Of a stretch of DNA of 33,796 nt, positions 7,324 through 15,998 are shown one piece after another. A model generated the notes under the pieces. It was not told the DNA's origin. It saw only the letters and a list, made by a program, of their open reading frames with translations, and ran no database searches. Position numbers and translations under genes: made by a program. How positions within the stretch are numbered: position 1 is the first letter of the stretch; each line of letters opens with the position of its first letter. This DNA is from an uncultured Pseudomonadales bacterium (GTDB lineage: Bacteria; Patescibacteriota; Microgenomatia; UBA1400; PJMF01), in assembly GCA_964463605.1 (NCBI GenBank), contig CAYXBZ010000004.1, positions 1-33,796 on the forward strand. Reading direction: 5' to 3'.

Positions 7324-8982
7324 TTAGCGATCCATTATGGCACTAACAATGATTGGCTCTCTTTGAATAATTTTGTATAGTTTGTGGCGCAATCCATTTT
7401 CAATCTTCTGCTTAAGATCATAATCTTTGAGTTTTTTATTTTTCGATATAATTTCAGCCGTATTGTCTTGAATGAAGGTTATTACTTCACTCGCTTGTTT
7501 CATGAAAACAAAGCCTCTTGAAACTACCTCAATTTGATCAAATAAATACTTTTTATTTTCTCGAGGAATAATTATCACCACAATTCCTGCTTCGCTCAAG
7601 GCACGTCGGTCTGACAACACTACAGGACCTACATCACCCACTCCTAACCCATCAACTATTCGAGGATTCAAGCTAATCTTTTCATGAGTATGCCAATGAC
7701 CGTTTTCATAAGTTATTACTTCGCCAGTATCTGGAATCAAGACATTTTGATCTCGATAACCTAGTTCTTGAGCTACTCTGGTTCGAAACAGTTCTCGATG
7801 TCTGTCAGCTCCACCAATCGGCATTACATATTTTGGACTCACTTTTTCTAGCAACTCTTTTTGTTCTTGGGCGCCAGCATGACCAGTGTGATGAATATTT
7901 GCTCTAATATCAGGATAAATCACCTCAATTTGATTACGACACAATTCATTTATTGCACGATAGTAAGGCACTTCATTTCCGGGAATTGCGTCAGCAGAAA
8001 TGACGACCTTATCTTGTTCATTGATATGAATGATGCTGTGTTCTCCAAAAACTGCCCGAACCATAGAGGATCCCTCCTGCCCCTGGCTGCCAGCAATAAT
8101 CACCACCAACTGATCATCTCGGTAATTCTTGATATTTTTCTTGTTAATCTTGACTCCTTGAGGAATCTTAATTTTTCCTAAGCTTTCGGCTACTTTTATA
8201 TTCTGCTCAACACTTCGACCAATAAACACCACCTTTCTTCGGTTGGCAACAGCAATATCAATCACTTGTTGAATTCGATGAATATGAGAACTCATCAAGG
8301 TAACAATAAATTTACCCTTCACTCCTTCAATTTCTTTTGCAATAGCAGGGCCAGTGGTTGACTCTGATTTGCTCCAGTCAGATCTTTCAACTCTCAAACA
8401 GTCCATCAGCATCAACAACACCCCCTCTTCACCAGCTTTAGCAGCAGTTCCAAGATCGGTTAACACACCATCAACGGGTTGTAAATCTAGCTTGAAGTCA
8501 GATCCATGATAAATTGTTCCTTCAGGAGTTTTGATCAAAAGGTGTTTTGCATCTGGCACCGAGTGAGTAACTGAAAGAACGCTGAAAGAGTAGTTATTTC
8601 CCAACTTAATAACGTCGCCATCTTTAACAACATTTACTTTTCTTTTAACCGGACCATCCTTCATTCTTTCATGAGCAAAACCAGCAGTGAGTGCTGAACC
8701 ATAAATTGGAAATTCTGGCAATTCTGGTAAGAGATAGGGAAGTGCCGCGATATGATCATCATGAGCGTGACTTAAAATCATGCCTACAATTTTGCTTCCT
8801 TGCTCAATCTCTTTAAGAAGATAAGTTATATCGGGAATGATAATATCGGCTCCTGGCATATAAATATCAGGAAATCCAATACCGCAATCAACAATCAATA
8901 TCTCTTGATCATACTGATAAAGAAACATATTTTGAGTTACCTCACCCATGCCTCCCAGTGGTACTATTTTTAGTTTTTTCAT
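7324..8982 (-). CDS. rnj: Ribonuclease J
   Basis: 552 aa. Has the metallo-beta-lactamase motif HAHDDH with beta-CASP architecture, and the N-terminus KIVPLGGMGEVTQNM typical of RNase J. Confidence 0.93.
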   Translation of the reverse strand: MKKLKIVPLGGMGEVTQNMFLYQYDQEILIVDCGIGFPDIYMPGADIIIPDITYLLKEIEQGSKIVGMILSHAHDDHIAALPYLLPELPEFPIYGSALTAGFAHERMKDGPVKRKVNVVKDGDVIKLGNNYSFSVLSVTHSVPDAKHLLIKTPEGTIYHGSDFKLDLQPVDGVLTDLGTAAKAGEEGVLLMLMDCLRVERSDWSKSESTTGPAIAKEIEGVKGKFIVTLMSSHIHRIQQVIDIAVANRRKVVFIGRSVEQNIKVAESLGKIKIPQGVKINKKNIKNYRDDQLVVIIAGSQGQEGSSMVRAVFGEHSIIHINEQDKVVISADAIPGNEVPYYRAINELCRNQIEVIYPDIRANIHHTGHAGAQEQKELLEKVSPKYVMPIGGADRHRELFRTRVAQELGYRDQNVLIPDTGEVITYENGHWHTHEKISLNPRIVDGLGVGDVGPVVLSDRRALSEAGIVVIIIPRENKKYLFDQIEVVSRGFVFMKQASEVITFIQDNTAEIISKNKKLKDYDLKQKIENGLRHKLYKIIQREPIIVSAIMDR

Positions 8983-9057
8983 TCTTAATCTTTCAAATTA
9001 TTTATTATTTTTTTCTTAATGGTGGACAGCTAAATTAGTGGTATTTTTCTCTTGAAT

Positions 9058-10770
9058 CTAATGAATTTGAGAGCGTCTATCTCTCAAAAAAGCGCGCCAG
9101 TCTTCAATTAAGCCAACAACCATGGAAAAAGGTGCGTCGATCAATGCTGAGAAGAAAACACTGACAATATTATACTCCTTCCATTTTTGAGAGAACCACT
9201 GACCAAGTTTTGCCAAAGGCAAATAAAAGAAGTCAAGCATCATTGTTAGTACTCCACCACTGTCTTGTATGGTAAGTTCCTGAGCTTTATGCCTAATAAC
9301 CATCGCTGCAAAAACGACCATCGCCACATTAATGGTATCGATGTAAATTGACGTCCAGGGAACCCCGGCAATCTTAAAAATGAGAAATACCGCATAGGCT
9401 CCTATTGCTCCTCCTATTAAACTAATCAAGCTAAAGAAAGTATGAACAAGCCAATTTTGCTTTTTGGCAAAGTTAATCTCATAAACCTCTGGCTCATCAA
9501 GTTTATAAAGAATTTTTTGAATTTCCTCTTTTACTCTTTTGAGGTTATCTGGACCAGGAGGTTTAATTGTTATCACCAACAAAAACATCATGGCAGAAGG
9601 AACTGCTAAGTCAACAAAAAGAGCAAACCAGCTAAATCCATCACCCACCAACTCAGCCACCGGTCCTTCAAAAAGAGCAAAGCTAACAATTCCTGCCACA
9701 AAAATTGATAAAGTTGAGTAAACAGCTGAGCGGTACAGTCGTTGCTTGAGAGTACTTAATCGTCGCTTATATACTATCTCGATTGTTTTAAAAAGCGATG
9801 CTTTATTTGATAAAGTCTCCTCAATTTTTTCAGGTTTAGACTCAATCTCTTGCATCACATCTCCCAAAATTAAAAAAGCGGCATCGTAGCGGTCACAGAT
9901 CTTAAAAAACTCTTTTCCTTGCTCATGCTCCAGATCACCTTCAAGGCGATGGTAAATTTGGGTAATATTTTGAGCAAACTCATCAATAAAATTCTGATCA
10001 TCTTCAAACCAACGTGGATAATAGTACTTGATTAAATTGTAGATAATTAGGGGAGAGTCAAGAGAATAAAGAGTTCTATGAACAGCTATGTAAGTTTGAA
10101 TTAGCGCCTCTTCTTCACTTAGCATTCCTTTTGGGAGTACCTTCAGTCTTTGATTGATGGTCGCAGTCATGAAGTTAATCAGCGCATTCTCCTTAAAAGC
10201 CGGCTCAAGAATTTCTTCCACCTCACAAGCAGCAATCTCTAATATCCAGTTAAAAAAGTTAACTTTCTCTTTAATCTGCAAATTACCATTTTTGGAATAT
10301 GGAGAGTGATTGAGTATGTAAATGTACTTTTTTAAGCTGTTTTTTGCCAAAGGGATTTTGTTCTTTGACACTTTGCCTGTTGAGAAGTATCCGCTTCTAA
10401 CCATCTCCATAATCAGGGGTTCAGTAATCTTTTCTGCATTGAGTGAACTTTGACCAATTCCAGACAATTCTGAGAGCAGCGTTCTTTTAAGAATTCGTTC
10501 GATGGCTGTACGCCGGATGATATTCTCTTCCTTCCAATCAATTATTCGACGCAACTTTTCATATAACTTGGCAATTTTAGAAGCTAACTCATCTACTTCA
10601 ACCGGAGAAGTGACCGGTTTTTGGCCATACTCAATTCCTTGCTTGTACTCACTAATGTAGCGGTAAGCTAGAGGCTCAAGTGTTTTTTTGTTTGACAATT
10701 CAGCAACCTCCCCTTCATTGGAAACGATTTCGTCAGAAGAAGGTTTGGCAACAGCATCAGTCTGTGACAT
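9058..10770 (-). CDS. Orphan polytopic membrane protein (about 340-aa helical N-terminal region plus about 6 predicted TM helices)
   Basis: A long uninterrupted ORF. Hydrophobic segments include AVYSTLSIFVAGIVSFALF, WFALFVDLAVPSAMMFLLVITI and LVHTFFSLISLIGGAIGAYAVFLIF. Others are INVAMVVFAAMVI and VSVFFSALIDAPFSMVVGLI. I recognise no catalytic motif. The architecture loosely recalls the transmembrane 'site-specific recombinase' Pfam family (SpecificRecomb), but this is unverified. Confidence 0.6.
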   Translation of the reverse strand: MSQTDAVAKPSSDEIVSNEGEVAELSNKKTLEPLAYRYISEYKQGIEYGQKPVTSPVEVDELASKIAKLYEKLRRIIDWKEENIIRRTAIERILKRTLLSELSGIGQSSLNAEKITEPLIMEMVRSGYFSTGKVSKNKIPLAKNSLKKYIYILNHSPYSKNGNLQIKEKVNFFNWILEIAACEVEEILEPAFKENALINFMTATINQRLKVLPKGMLSEEEALIQTYIAVHRTLYSLDSPLIIYNLIKYYYPRWFEDDQNFIDEFAQNITQIYHRLEGDLEHEQGKEFFKICDRYDAAFLILGDVMQEIESKPEKIEETLSNKASLFKTIEIVYKRRLSTLKQRLYRSAVYSTLSIFVAGIVSFALFEGPVAELVGDGFSWFALFVDLAVPSAMMFLLVITIKPPGPDNLKRVKEEIQKILYKLDEPEVYEINFAKKQNWLVHTFFSLISLIGGAIGAYAVFLIFKIAGVPWTSIYIDTINVAMVVFAAMVIRHKAQELTIQDSGGVLTMMLDFFYLPLAKLGQWFSQKWKEYNIVSVFFSALIDAPFSMVVGLIEDWRAFLRDRRSQIH

Positions 10771-10874
10771 AAAAAATAATCATTGTAATAAGTTTTGAAT
10801 CTAACACAATTGTATCATTAAATGAATCTCAAGGGTGCAAGTCCTCGAGTATTGTCAAAAAGAAGTATATCTAC

Positions 10875-11945
10875 TTAATATTTTGGTAAAAAGATAGCGG
10901 CGTTTTCCTTAGTAATAGTAACTGTATCAAAACCTCTCTCAACAATAATTCTAGCTGCTTTGCGCACCGCCCCCTCAAGAGTTCTTTGTAAAGTGCGAAT
11001 TCCAGCATCGTAGCCAAGCGGACGAATCATACTCGGCCACACTTCCTCCTTAATGGTTAACTGATTAGGCTTGAGCCCTGATTTCTTGAGCAACTCAGGG
11101 AAAATATATTCTTTACCAATCACCATTTTCTCTTGATCGGTGTAGGATGGCATAGAAATTTTTTCTAGCCGATCCATCACAGCCGTTAAAATCCTACCCG
11201 TATTGTTAGCAGTTGCTAAAAAGATGGCATTGCTCAAATTCACTGGATAATCTACATAATTGTCAACAAAACTATGATTTTGAGCCGGATCTAGCAACTC
11301 AACCAAAACGCCCATTATTTCTTGATTGGCATCATCAGCGGCTCGATCAATTTCATCCAACAAAATAACTGGATTGTTTACACCCACCTCACACATGCCT
11401 CTGACTACTTTTCCTGGCTCGCTACCTAAAAGCAATCTGGAATTTCCCCTCAACTCTTTAGCCGAGCCCATGCCCCCAAAGGGAATTCTTATCAACTTTC
11501 TCTCCAGAGCTTCTGACAAAGCATAGGCAAAAGTTGTTTTACCTGTACCAACCAAACCCACTAATAATAAAATTGGAGCACGAAACTCTTCATCTTGATA
11601 GTTGCGACTGCGCAAAGACAATACCGAGATATACTCTAAAAAACGATCCTTTACTTCCTGCATGCCATAATGGTGCTGATTGAAGATCTCTTTTGCCTTT
11701 TGAATATCTAGTCTGTCTTGAGTTTTTTCTTCCCAGGGAATCTTTAAAATCCAGTCCAAATACTTGCTAACCTTCTCATACTTAAGATCATAATTCCCCA
11801 ACTCAACACTTCGCTCAAGCGCAACTATGTCTCTTTTTGCCTTGTAGCGCAACTCTTCAGGCATTTTTGCTTGACTCACCTTGTTTTTGAGTTCAGCAAT
11901 CTCTTGCTCAAGAATCTGTTGATAGTCTTGATTTGATTGAGGCAT
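10875..11945 (-). CDS. Lon-like AAA+ ATPase module without protease domain
   Basis: 356 aa. By eye it aligns collinearly to the Lon segment running from the long helix through the AAA+ module. Matching stretches are YLDWILKIPWEEKT, HHYGMQEVKDRFLEYISV and Walker A GLVGTGKT. Also matching are Walker B ILLDEIDR, MDRLEKISMPSYTDQEK and GYDAGIRTLQRTLE. It ends about 20 aa after the AAA lid. Neither the LON N-domain nor the Ser-Lys protease domain is present. SD GGAGGGTGG; the start is 3 nt after the stop of the upstream kinase gene. Confidence 0.8.
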   Translation of the reverse strand: MPQSNQDYQQILEQEIAELKNKVSQAKMPEELRYKAKRDIVALERSVELGNYDLKYEKVSKYLDWILKIPWEEKTQDRLDIQKAKEIFNQHHYGMQEVKDRFLEYISVLSLRSRNYQDEEFRAPILLLVGLVGTGKTTFAYALSEALERKLIRIPFGGMGSAKELRGNSRLLLGSEPGKVVRGMCEVGVNNPVILLDEIDRAADDANQEIMGVLVELLDPAQNHSFVDNYVDYPVNLSNAIFLATANNTGRILTAVMDRLEKISMPSYTDQEKMVIGKEYIFPELLKKSGLKPNQLTIKEEVWPSMIRPLGYDAGIRTLQRTLEGAVRKAARIIVERGFDTVTITKENAAIFLPKY

Positions 11946-11948
11946 AAG

Positions 11949-12884
11949 CTAACCACCCTCCATAATTTTTTCTTTTGAAAGCAACCCCGTTTTGGCTCCA
12001 TAACAGCCAACAACACTAGCAGAATTTCTTGCCCCATAAGTGGCTGCTTCTTGTGGAGTCTTGCCCCAAATAATGCCCGCCACAAAGCCAGTAGCAAAAG
12101 AGTCTCCGGCACCAGTTGTGTCAGTTACCTGTGAACTCAGGGCTGGAAAATGACAGGCATGTTTTTGTTGATAATAAACATCACCTCCTCTTTTTCCAGC
12201 AGTGACCACTACGTAGGGAAATGAGGAGAGAATTTGAGACTGAATATTCTCAATCATTGCCCATTCTTCTTGATTAAGCAAGAAAATCTCACAAGGAATT
12301 TCATCAATCGAAAGTTTTTTTTCAGCTAACATCATCAGCTCAATTTTTCCTGGATTCCAAGATAGTTTTGTAGATGTGCTGCGCTTGATAGACGCAAAAA
12401 TTTTTTGCAAAGTCTTTTCCCTTCCACCGATGCTAGCCAAATGAACCCAACTTGACTCTGATATCCAGTAAGCCGAGATGTCAAAAGGGTCGAGCATGGC
12501 TGCAGCTCCTCGATGAACTAAAACAGATCGTTCACCCGCATCACAAATCAAGATAACTGAACCACCGGTTTGCTCCTTTTTCTCTGAAACAATTAGATTG
12601 GTAGCAACTCCCTGATCTTCAAGATCTTTGATTACCAAGTATGAAAAGTTATCTCTGCCAGTTTCACACATCACAGCTGTCTTAAAACCCAATCTAGCAA
12701 ACCCAACCGCGGTATTACCGCCTCCGCCTCCAGTGTAAACATTGAAACTATCAACCTCTGTTTTGCCTCCATGAGTTTGACACAATAGAGGACCTTTGGA
12801 AGTATCCATCACCTCAAACTTGTGAGTGTGAACAAAGATATCAACCAAAGCTGAGCCAATCGTAATTACCTGATACATGTTCAC
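11949..12884 (-). CDS. PfkB-family carbohydrate/nucleoside kinase (ribokinase-like)
   Basis: Has the GG dipeptide region (YTGGGGGNTAVG) and the C-terminal DTTGAGDSFATGF motif of the PfkB family. The likely start is the ATG at 12878 (MYQVITIGSA) rather than the GTG at 12884. Confidence 0.85.
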   Translation of the reverse strand: MNMYQVITIGSALVDIFVHTHKFEVMDTSKGPLLCQTHGGKTEVDSFNVYTGGGGGNTAVGFARLGFKTAVMCETGRDNFSYLVIKDLEDQGVATNLIVSEKKEQTGGSVILICDAGERSVLVHRGAAAMLDPFDISAYWISESSWVHLASIGGREKTLQKIFASIKRSTSTKLSWNPGKIELMMLAEKKLSIDEIPCEIFLLNQEEWAMIENIQSQILSSFPYVVVTAGKRGGDVYYQQKHACHFPALSSQVTDTTGAGDSFATGFVAGIIWGKTPQEAATYGARNSASVVGCYGAKTGLLSKEKIMEGG

Positions 12885-13033
12885 AACCAGAGATTAATAA
12901 AACACCTTTTTAGAACTATTAGGATGACTACAAACACTCACCCCATTTTTGGCGTTACCCTTATTAAAACACGAAGCAGAAAGTGATTAAACTGTCACTT
13001 AAATTATGCAAGTATGTCAAAACGATTAAAAAG

Positions 13034-13639
13034 CTACCCTCTTGCCGCAATCTCTTTCTCAAAATCTGCAACTGCTTGCATTAGATCATCTTGATTGGAA
13101 ACAATCTTATAAATAGATATTTCTTTCTCTTCAATGAAAAAGTTTGAGTTGATAACCTCCATGACTTCTCGCCAAAACTCTCCATACAAAATAATTGGCT
13201 TGTGATTTCCATAATACAGATGTGACAACAGCCAAGCAGTGGCCCATTCACTCAAAGTCCCAGTTCCTCCCTTAAAACAGATAAATAGATCCGCATAATA
13301 GATCAAGCCAAACATGCGTTCAATATAATTGGCGGTTGTATACTCAATGCTTACCTCATTTAAGGCATCTCTGCCTTCGAATTCGGGCATATCTTTTGGA
13401 GAAAAAGTTACTGCCACACTTTTGCCTGCAACCGACTCCGCACCCAAAGTTGCGGCCTGCATTATTCCTGGACCACCTCCATTAACTATGATTTTCCCAG
13501 AATGAGCAATAGCTCGCGCCAGTTGATAAACTTCCTGGTAAAGTTCGCTATCTGCTTCAATATCGGCACTCCCAAAAAAAGCTACTCGTTTAATTTCATT
13601 AGCTGTAAATTTTTCTGGAATTTGAATATTGGTCTTCAT
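13034..13639 (-). CDS. LOG-family (TIGR00730) nucleotide phosphoribohydrolase-like protein
   Basis: Carries VAFFGSA, NGGGPGIMQA and GGTGTLSE motifs characteristic of LOG/'lysine decarboxylase-like' proteins. SD AAAGGTG. Confidence 0.85.
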   Translation of the reverse strand: MKTNIQIPEKFTANEIKRVAFFGSADIEADSELYQEVYQLARAIAHSGKIIVNGGGPGIMQAATLGAESVAGKSVAVTFSPKDMPEFEGRDALNEVSIEYTTANYIERMFGLIYYADLFICFKGGTGTLSEWATAWLLSHLYYGNHKPIILYGEFWREVMEVINSNFFIEEKEISIYKIVSNQDDLMQAVADFEKEIAARG

Positions 13640-13712
13640 GAAACACCTTTCTACAGTTCGTTAAAGAATTGTTGTCTGATTCTTAATAATACTTTCTTAA
13701 TGACATCACATC

Positions 13713-14414
13713 TTACCGAGTGACCGCTTTTTCTTGATTGATTACTGCGTCAACCACTTGCTGAGGATTTTCATTCTTCCACAACCAACTACCAATAGCA
13801 ACAGAATCAACTCCCAACAAACTGAACTTCCCTAATAACTCTTCTTTAACGCCCCCATCAACAATCAGCTCGAAATCCAATGAGCGAGATAACTTCATGT
13901 TGATTAATTGTTGAATCTTGTCATAAATCGATTGCTGAAACTGCTGATCTTGAAAACCTGCCTCAACGCCCATTAGCTGAATCAGTTCTATCTTGTTGAA
14001 AGACTCCTCCTCAATCTCTTCAAGCGGAGTATATAAATCAAGCGACAGCCCAGCCTTCATTTTATTATCAATAACTAAATTGAGATATTCTTGCTGATTA
14101 CTCATTCTCTCAATGTGAGCAATCACACCTCTTATCGGCAAATGACTTTGACAGTCGAGAATCTCATGAACAAAATCTAGAGGCTCCTCAACCATCAAAT
14201 GAAAATCAAGCTGAAGGCTATCCAGATTCAAGTTCACCATATCAGTTGGAGTAACCGTTAAATTATCGGCAAACCGTCCATCAAGTACATCAACTTGAAC
14301 TACCTCAACCCCATCAAGAGATTGAGCTATTTCGAGCTGAGATTCAACCTCATGAATTGAATCAGATAAAATTGCTGGATATATATTCATAAAAAGATCA
14401 ATAGCTACTATCAA
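13713..14414 (-). CDS. rpe: Ribulose-phosphate 3-epimerase-like TIM-barrel protein (divergent)
   Basis: Shows Rpe-like order of motifs: PAILS, VQVDVLDGRFADNLT, DFHLMV, MGVEAGFQDQ, VDGGV. The start is ambiguous (TTG at 14414 or ATG at 14390). Confidence 0.65.
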   Translation of the reverse strand: MIVAIDLFMNIYPAILSDSIHEVESQLEIAQSLDGVEVVQVDVLDGRFADNLTVTPTDMVNLNLDSLQLDFHLMVEEPLDFVHEILDCQSHLPIRGVIAHIERMSNQQEYLNLVIDNKMKAGLSLDLYTPLEEIEEESFNKIELIQLMGVEAGFQDQQFQQSIYDKIQQLINMKLSRSLDFELIVDGGVKEELLGKFSLLGVDSVAIGSWLWKNENPQQVVDAVINQEKAVTR

Positions 14415-14460
14415 TTATTTATTTTTACTTCTAGAAATCAAAAAATCGTCACAGCTGCAA

Positions 14461-14931
14461 CTACTCCAACTGTTTTATTTGATCTATCCTTCTTAAATGC
14501 CTCTGATCATTAGAAGGTTGAGTGTCGATGAAAGCTTGAATTACTGACTGAGCCTCCCGATACTTCAAGTAATCTCCTCCAAGTGAAATCACATTGGCAT
14601 GATTGTGTTCGCGAGCATGCACGGCTGATCTGACATCGAATACTTCCACAGCTCTAATTCCCCTGATCTTATTAGCGGCGATGGTCATTCCGCCACCCGA
14701 CCGACAGATTAGCATACCAAGTGAATCTGAGTTTGATGCGACTTTTTGAGCAACTTGAGCGGCAAATAGAGGATAATCATCTGTGGAATCAAGCTCAAAT
14801 GCTCCGCAATCAACCACTTTGGCTCCAATTTGCTCAAGCCACTTTTTTAGCTGTTCTTTGAGCTCAAAACCTCCATGATCAGCTCCTAAAAAAATGGTTG
14901 ATGGAAGTTGCTGAGTATTTTTGTTAGGCAT
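14461..14931 (-). CDS. rpiB: Ribose-5-phosphate isomerase B (RpiB/LacA/LacB family)
   Basis: Contains IFLGADHGGFELKEQLKKWL, ICRSGGGMTIAANK and HNHANVISLG, which are typical RpiB signatures. Confidence 0.9.
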   Translation of the reverse strand: MPNKNTQQLPSTIFLGADHGGFELKEQLKKWLEQIGAKVVDCGAFELDSTDDYPLFAAQVAQKVASNSDSLGMLICRSGGGMTIAANKIRGIRAVEVFDVRSAVHAREHNHANVISLGGDYLKYREAQSVIQAFIDTQPSNDQRHLRRIDQIKQLE

Positions 14932-15023
14932 AGATGCTTTAGTATTTTTAATTTTTTTGATGAACTTTATTGTTAGGTTGATATTATTACAAGTTAAAAA
15001 TTATTATAACCGCAAACTAGATT

Positions 15024-15060
15024 CCAAAAGGGCCCGCGCTTTGCGCGGGCCCTCTTTTTA
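15024..15060 (-). terminator. Rho-independent terminator (structurally bidirectional)
   Basis: Perfect 10-bp GC-rich stem GGGCCCGCGC-TTT-GCGCGGGCCC (15030-15052). It is flanked by an A-run on one side and a T-run on the other. It lies 30 nt downstream of the 15085-15288 ORF on the minus strand. Confidence 0.85.
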
Positions 15061-15084
15061 AACACTTATATGTTAAGAAGTGAA

Positions 15085-15288
15085 CTATCTAACTTTTCTT
15101 AACACTGGCATGCCGGTTCTTTTGGTTTCTACAACCTCATAGCCAGCTGGGACAGCTTCAATAGCACCATCACGCACATCTCTTGCGAAAAAGTAAATAG
15201 TTTGTACTCGACCATTCTTTAGAGTCACATCTCTCTTGTGGAGATAGTAGGTTTGACCCTTAGAGTTTGTGTAACTATAAGCATTCAT
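15085..15288 (-). CDS. Small conserved hypothetical protein (67 aa)
   Basis: Has a strong SD (AAAGGAG) 6 nt upstream and its own terminator. The pattern SKGQTYYLH...GRVQTIYFFARD..GYEVVE..TGMPVLRK resembles small uncharacterised proteins I recall from diverse bacteria. Function is unknown. Confidence 0.6.
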   Translation of the reverse strand: MNAYSYTNSKGQTYYLHKRDVTLKNGRVQTIYFFARDVRDGAIEAVPAGYEVVETKRTGMPVLRKVR

Positions 15289-15304
15289 ATATGCTCCTTT
15301 TCTT

Positions 15305-15318
15305 CCCTCTATAGAGGG
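15305..15318. promoter_or_regulatory. Perfect 14-bp palindrome CCCTCTATAGAGGG
   Basis: Read directly from the sequence. It lies 16 nt upstream of the ATG at 15288, just 5' of the SD. It could be an operator or a 5'-UTR hairpin (CCCUC-UAUA-GAGGG). Confidence 0.35.
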
Positions 15319-15449
15319 TAATTTATATTTGTACCGACTTGATGTTTATTCAACCTCCTGGCGGTAGTGTTACTACAATAGCAGACCCAGAGTAATTCCT
15401 CAAGTGGTATTTATTACTCTTTGAGTTTGTTTAGTTCTCTGTTAAATTA

Positions 15450-15998
15450 TTAATTGTTTTCAACTTCAACTTCCTCAATCTCATCAACCTCATCAACCTC
15501 ATCAAGTTCTATCATGCCTCGCAACAACTGTTTGCCCATAACGGAATCAGTAACTCCAGTTTGATCGGTAACAATCACTTCAAGTGGAAGTTGATCCTTA
15601 GAGATTGAAGCGCTGCCTAAATATCCAGCCTTGCTTCTTTCCAGCCTAAAAGCAGGTTGAGGCTGCAGATCCTGCGCTGAGAGCCAAACCTGATAATAAG
15701 AGTTTTCAAGCTCAGGTAAGTCAGCACTTACAGTTAGCAAAACTCGATCGCCCTCAGATTTGAATCTAACCTGTCCTACCGCTGGTTCTTGTGGTTCAGA
15801 CTCCAACTCAACAGTACTTACATCCTGAGTTCCCTGAACAATTTGCAGTTCTTCTTGAGTTAAATCTTCAATTTCTACTTGAGTGATGTCAGCGACATCT
15901 CTCTGAGTACGAGTGTTGTACCAACGAAAGGCTAAAAACAATACCAAAAGTAAAGAAATGGTGGGTATTATAAATGGGTAATACTGTTTAAGTTTCAT
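15450..15998 (-). CDS. Membrane-anchored hypothetical protein with acidic C-terminal repeat
   Basis: 182 aa with an N-terminal TM (FIIPTISLLLVLFLAF). The central YYQVWLSAQDLQP..AGYLG stretch faintly resembles anti-sigma-K RskA C-terminal domains (weak). The tail is DEVDEVDEIEEVEVE. SD GAAAGG. Confidence 0.5.
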   Translation of the reverse strand: MKLKQYYPFIIPTISLLLVLFLAFRWYNTRTQRDVADITQVEIEDLTQEELQIVQGTQDVSTVELESEPQEPAVGQVRFKSEGDRVLLTVSADLPELENSYYQVWLSAQDLQPQPAFRLERSKAGYLGSASISKDQLPLEVIVTDQTGVTDSVMGKQLLRGMIELDEVDEVDEIEEVEVENN

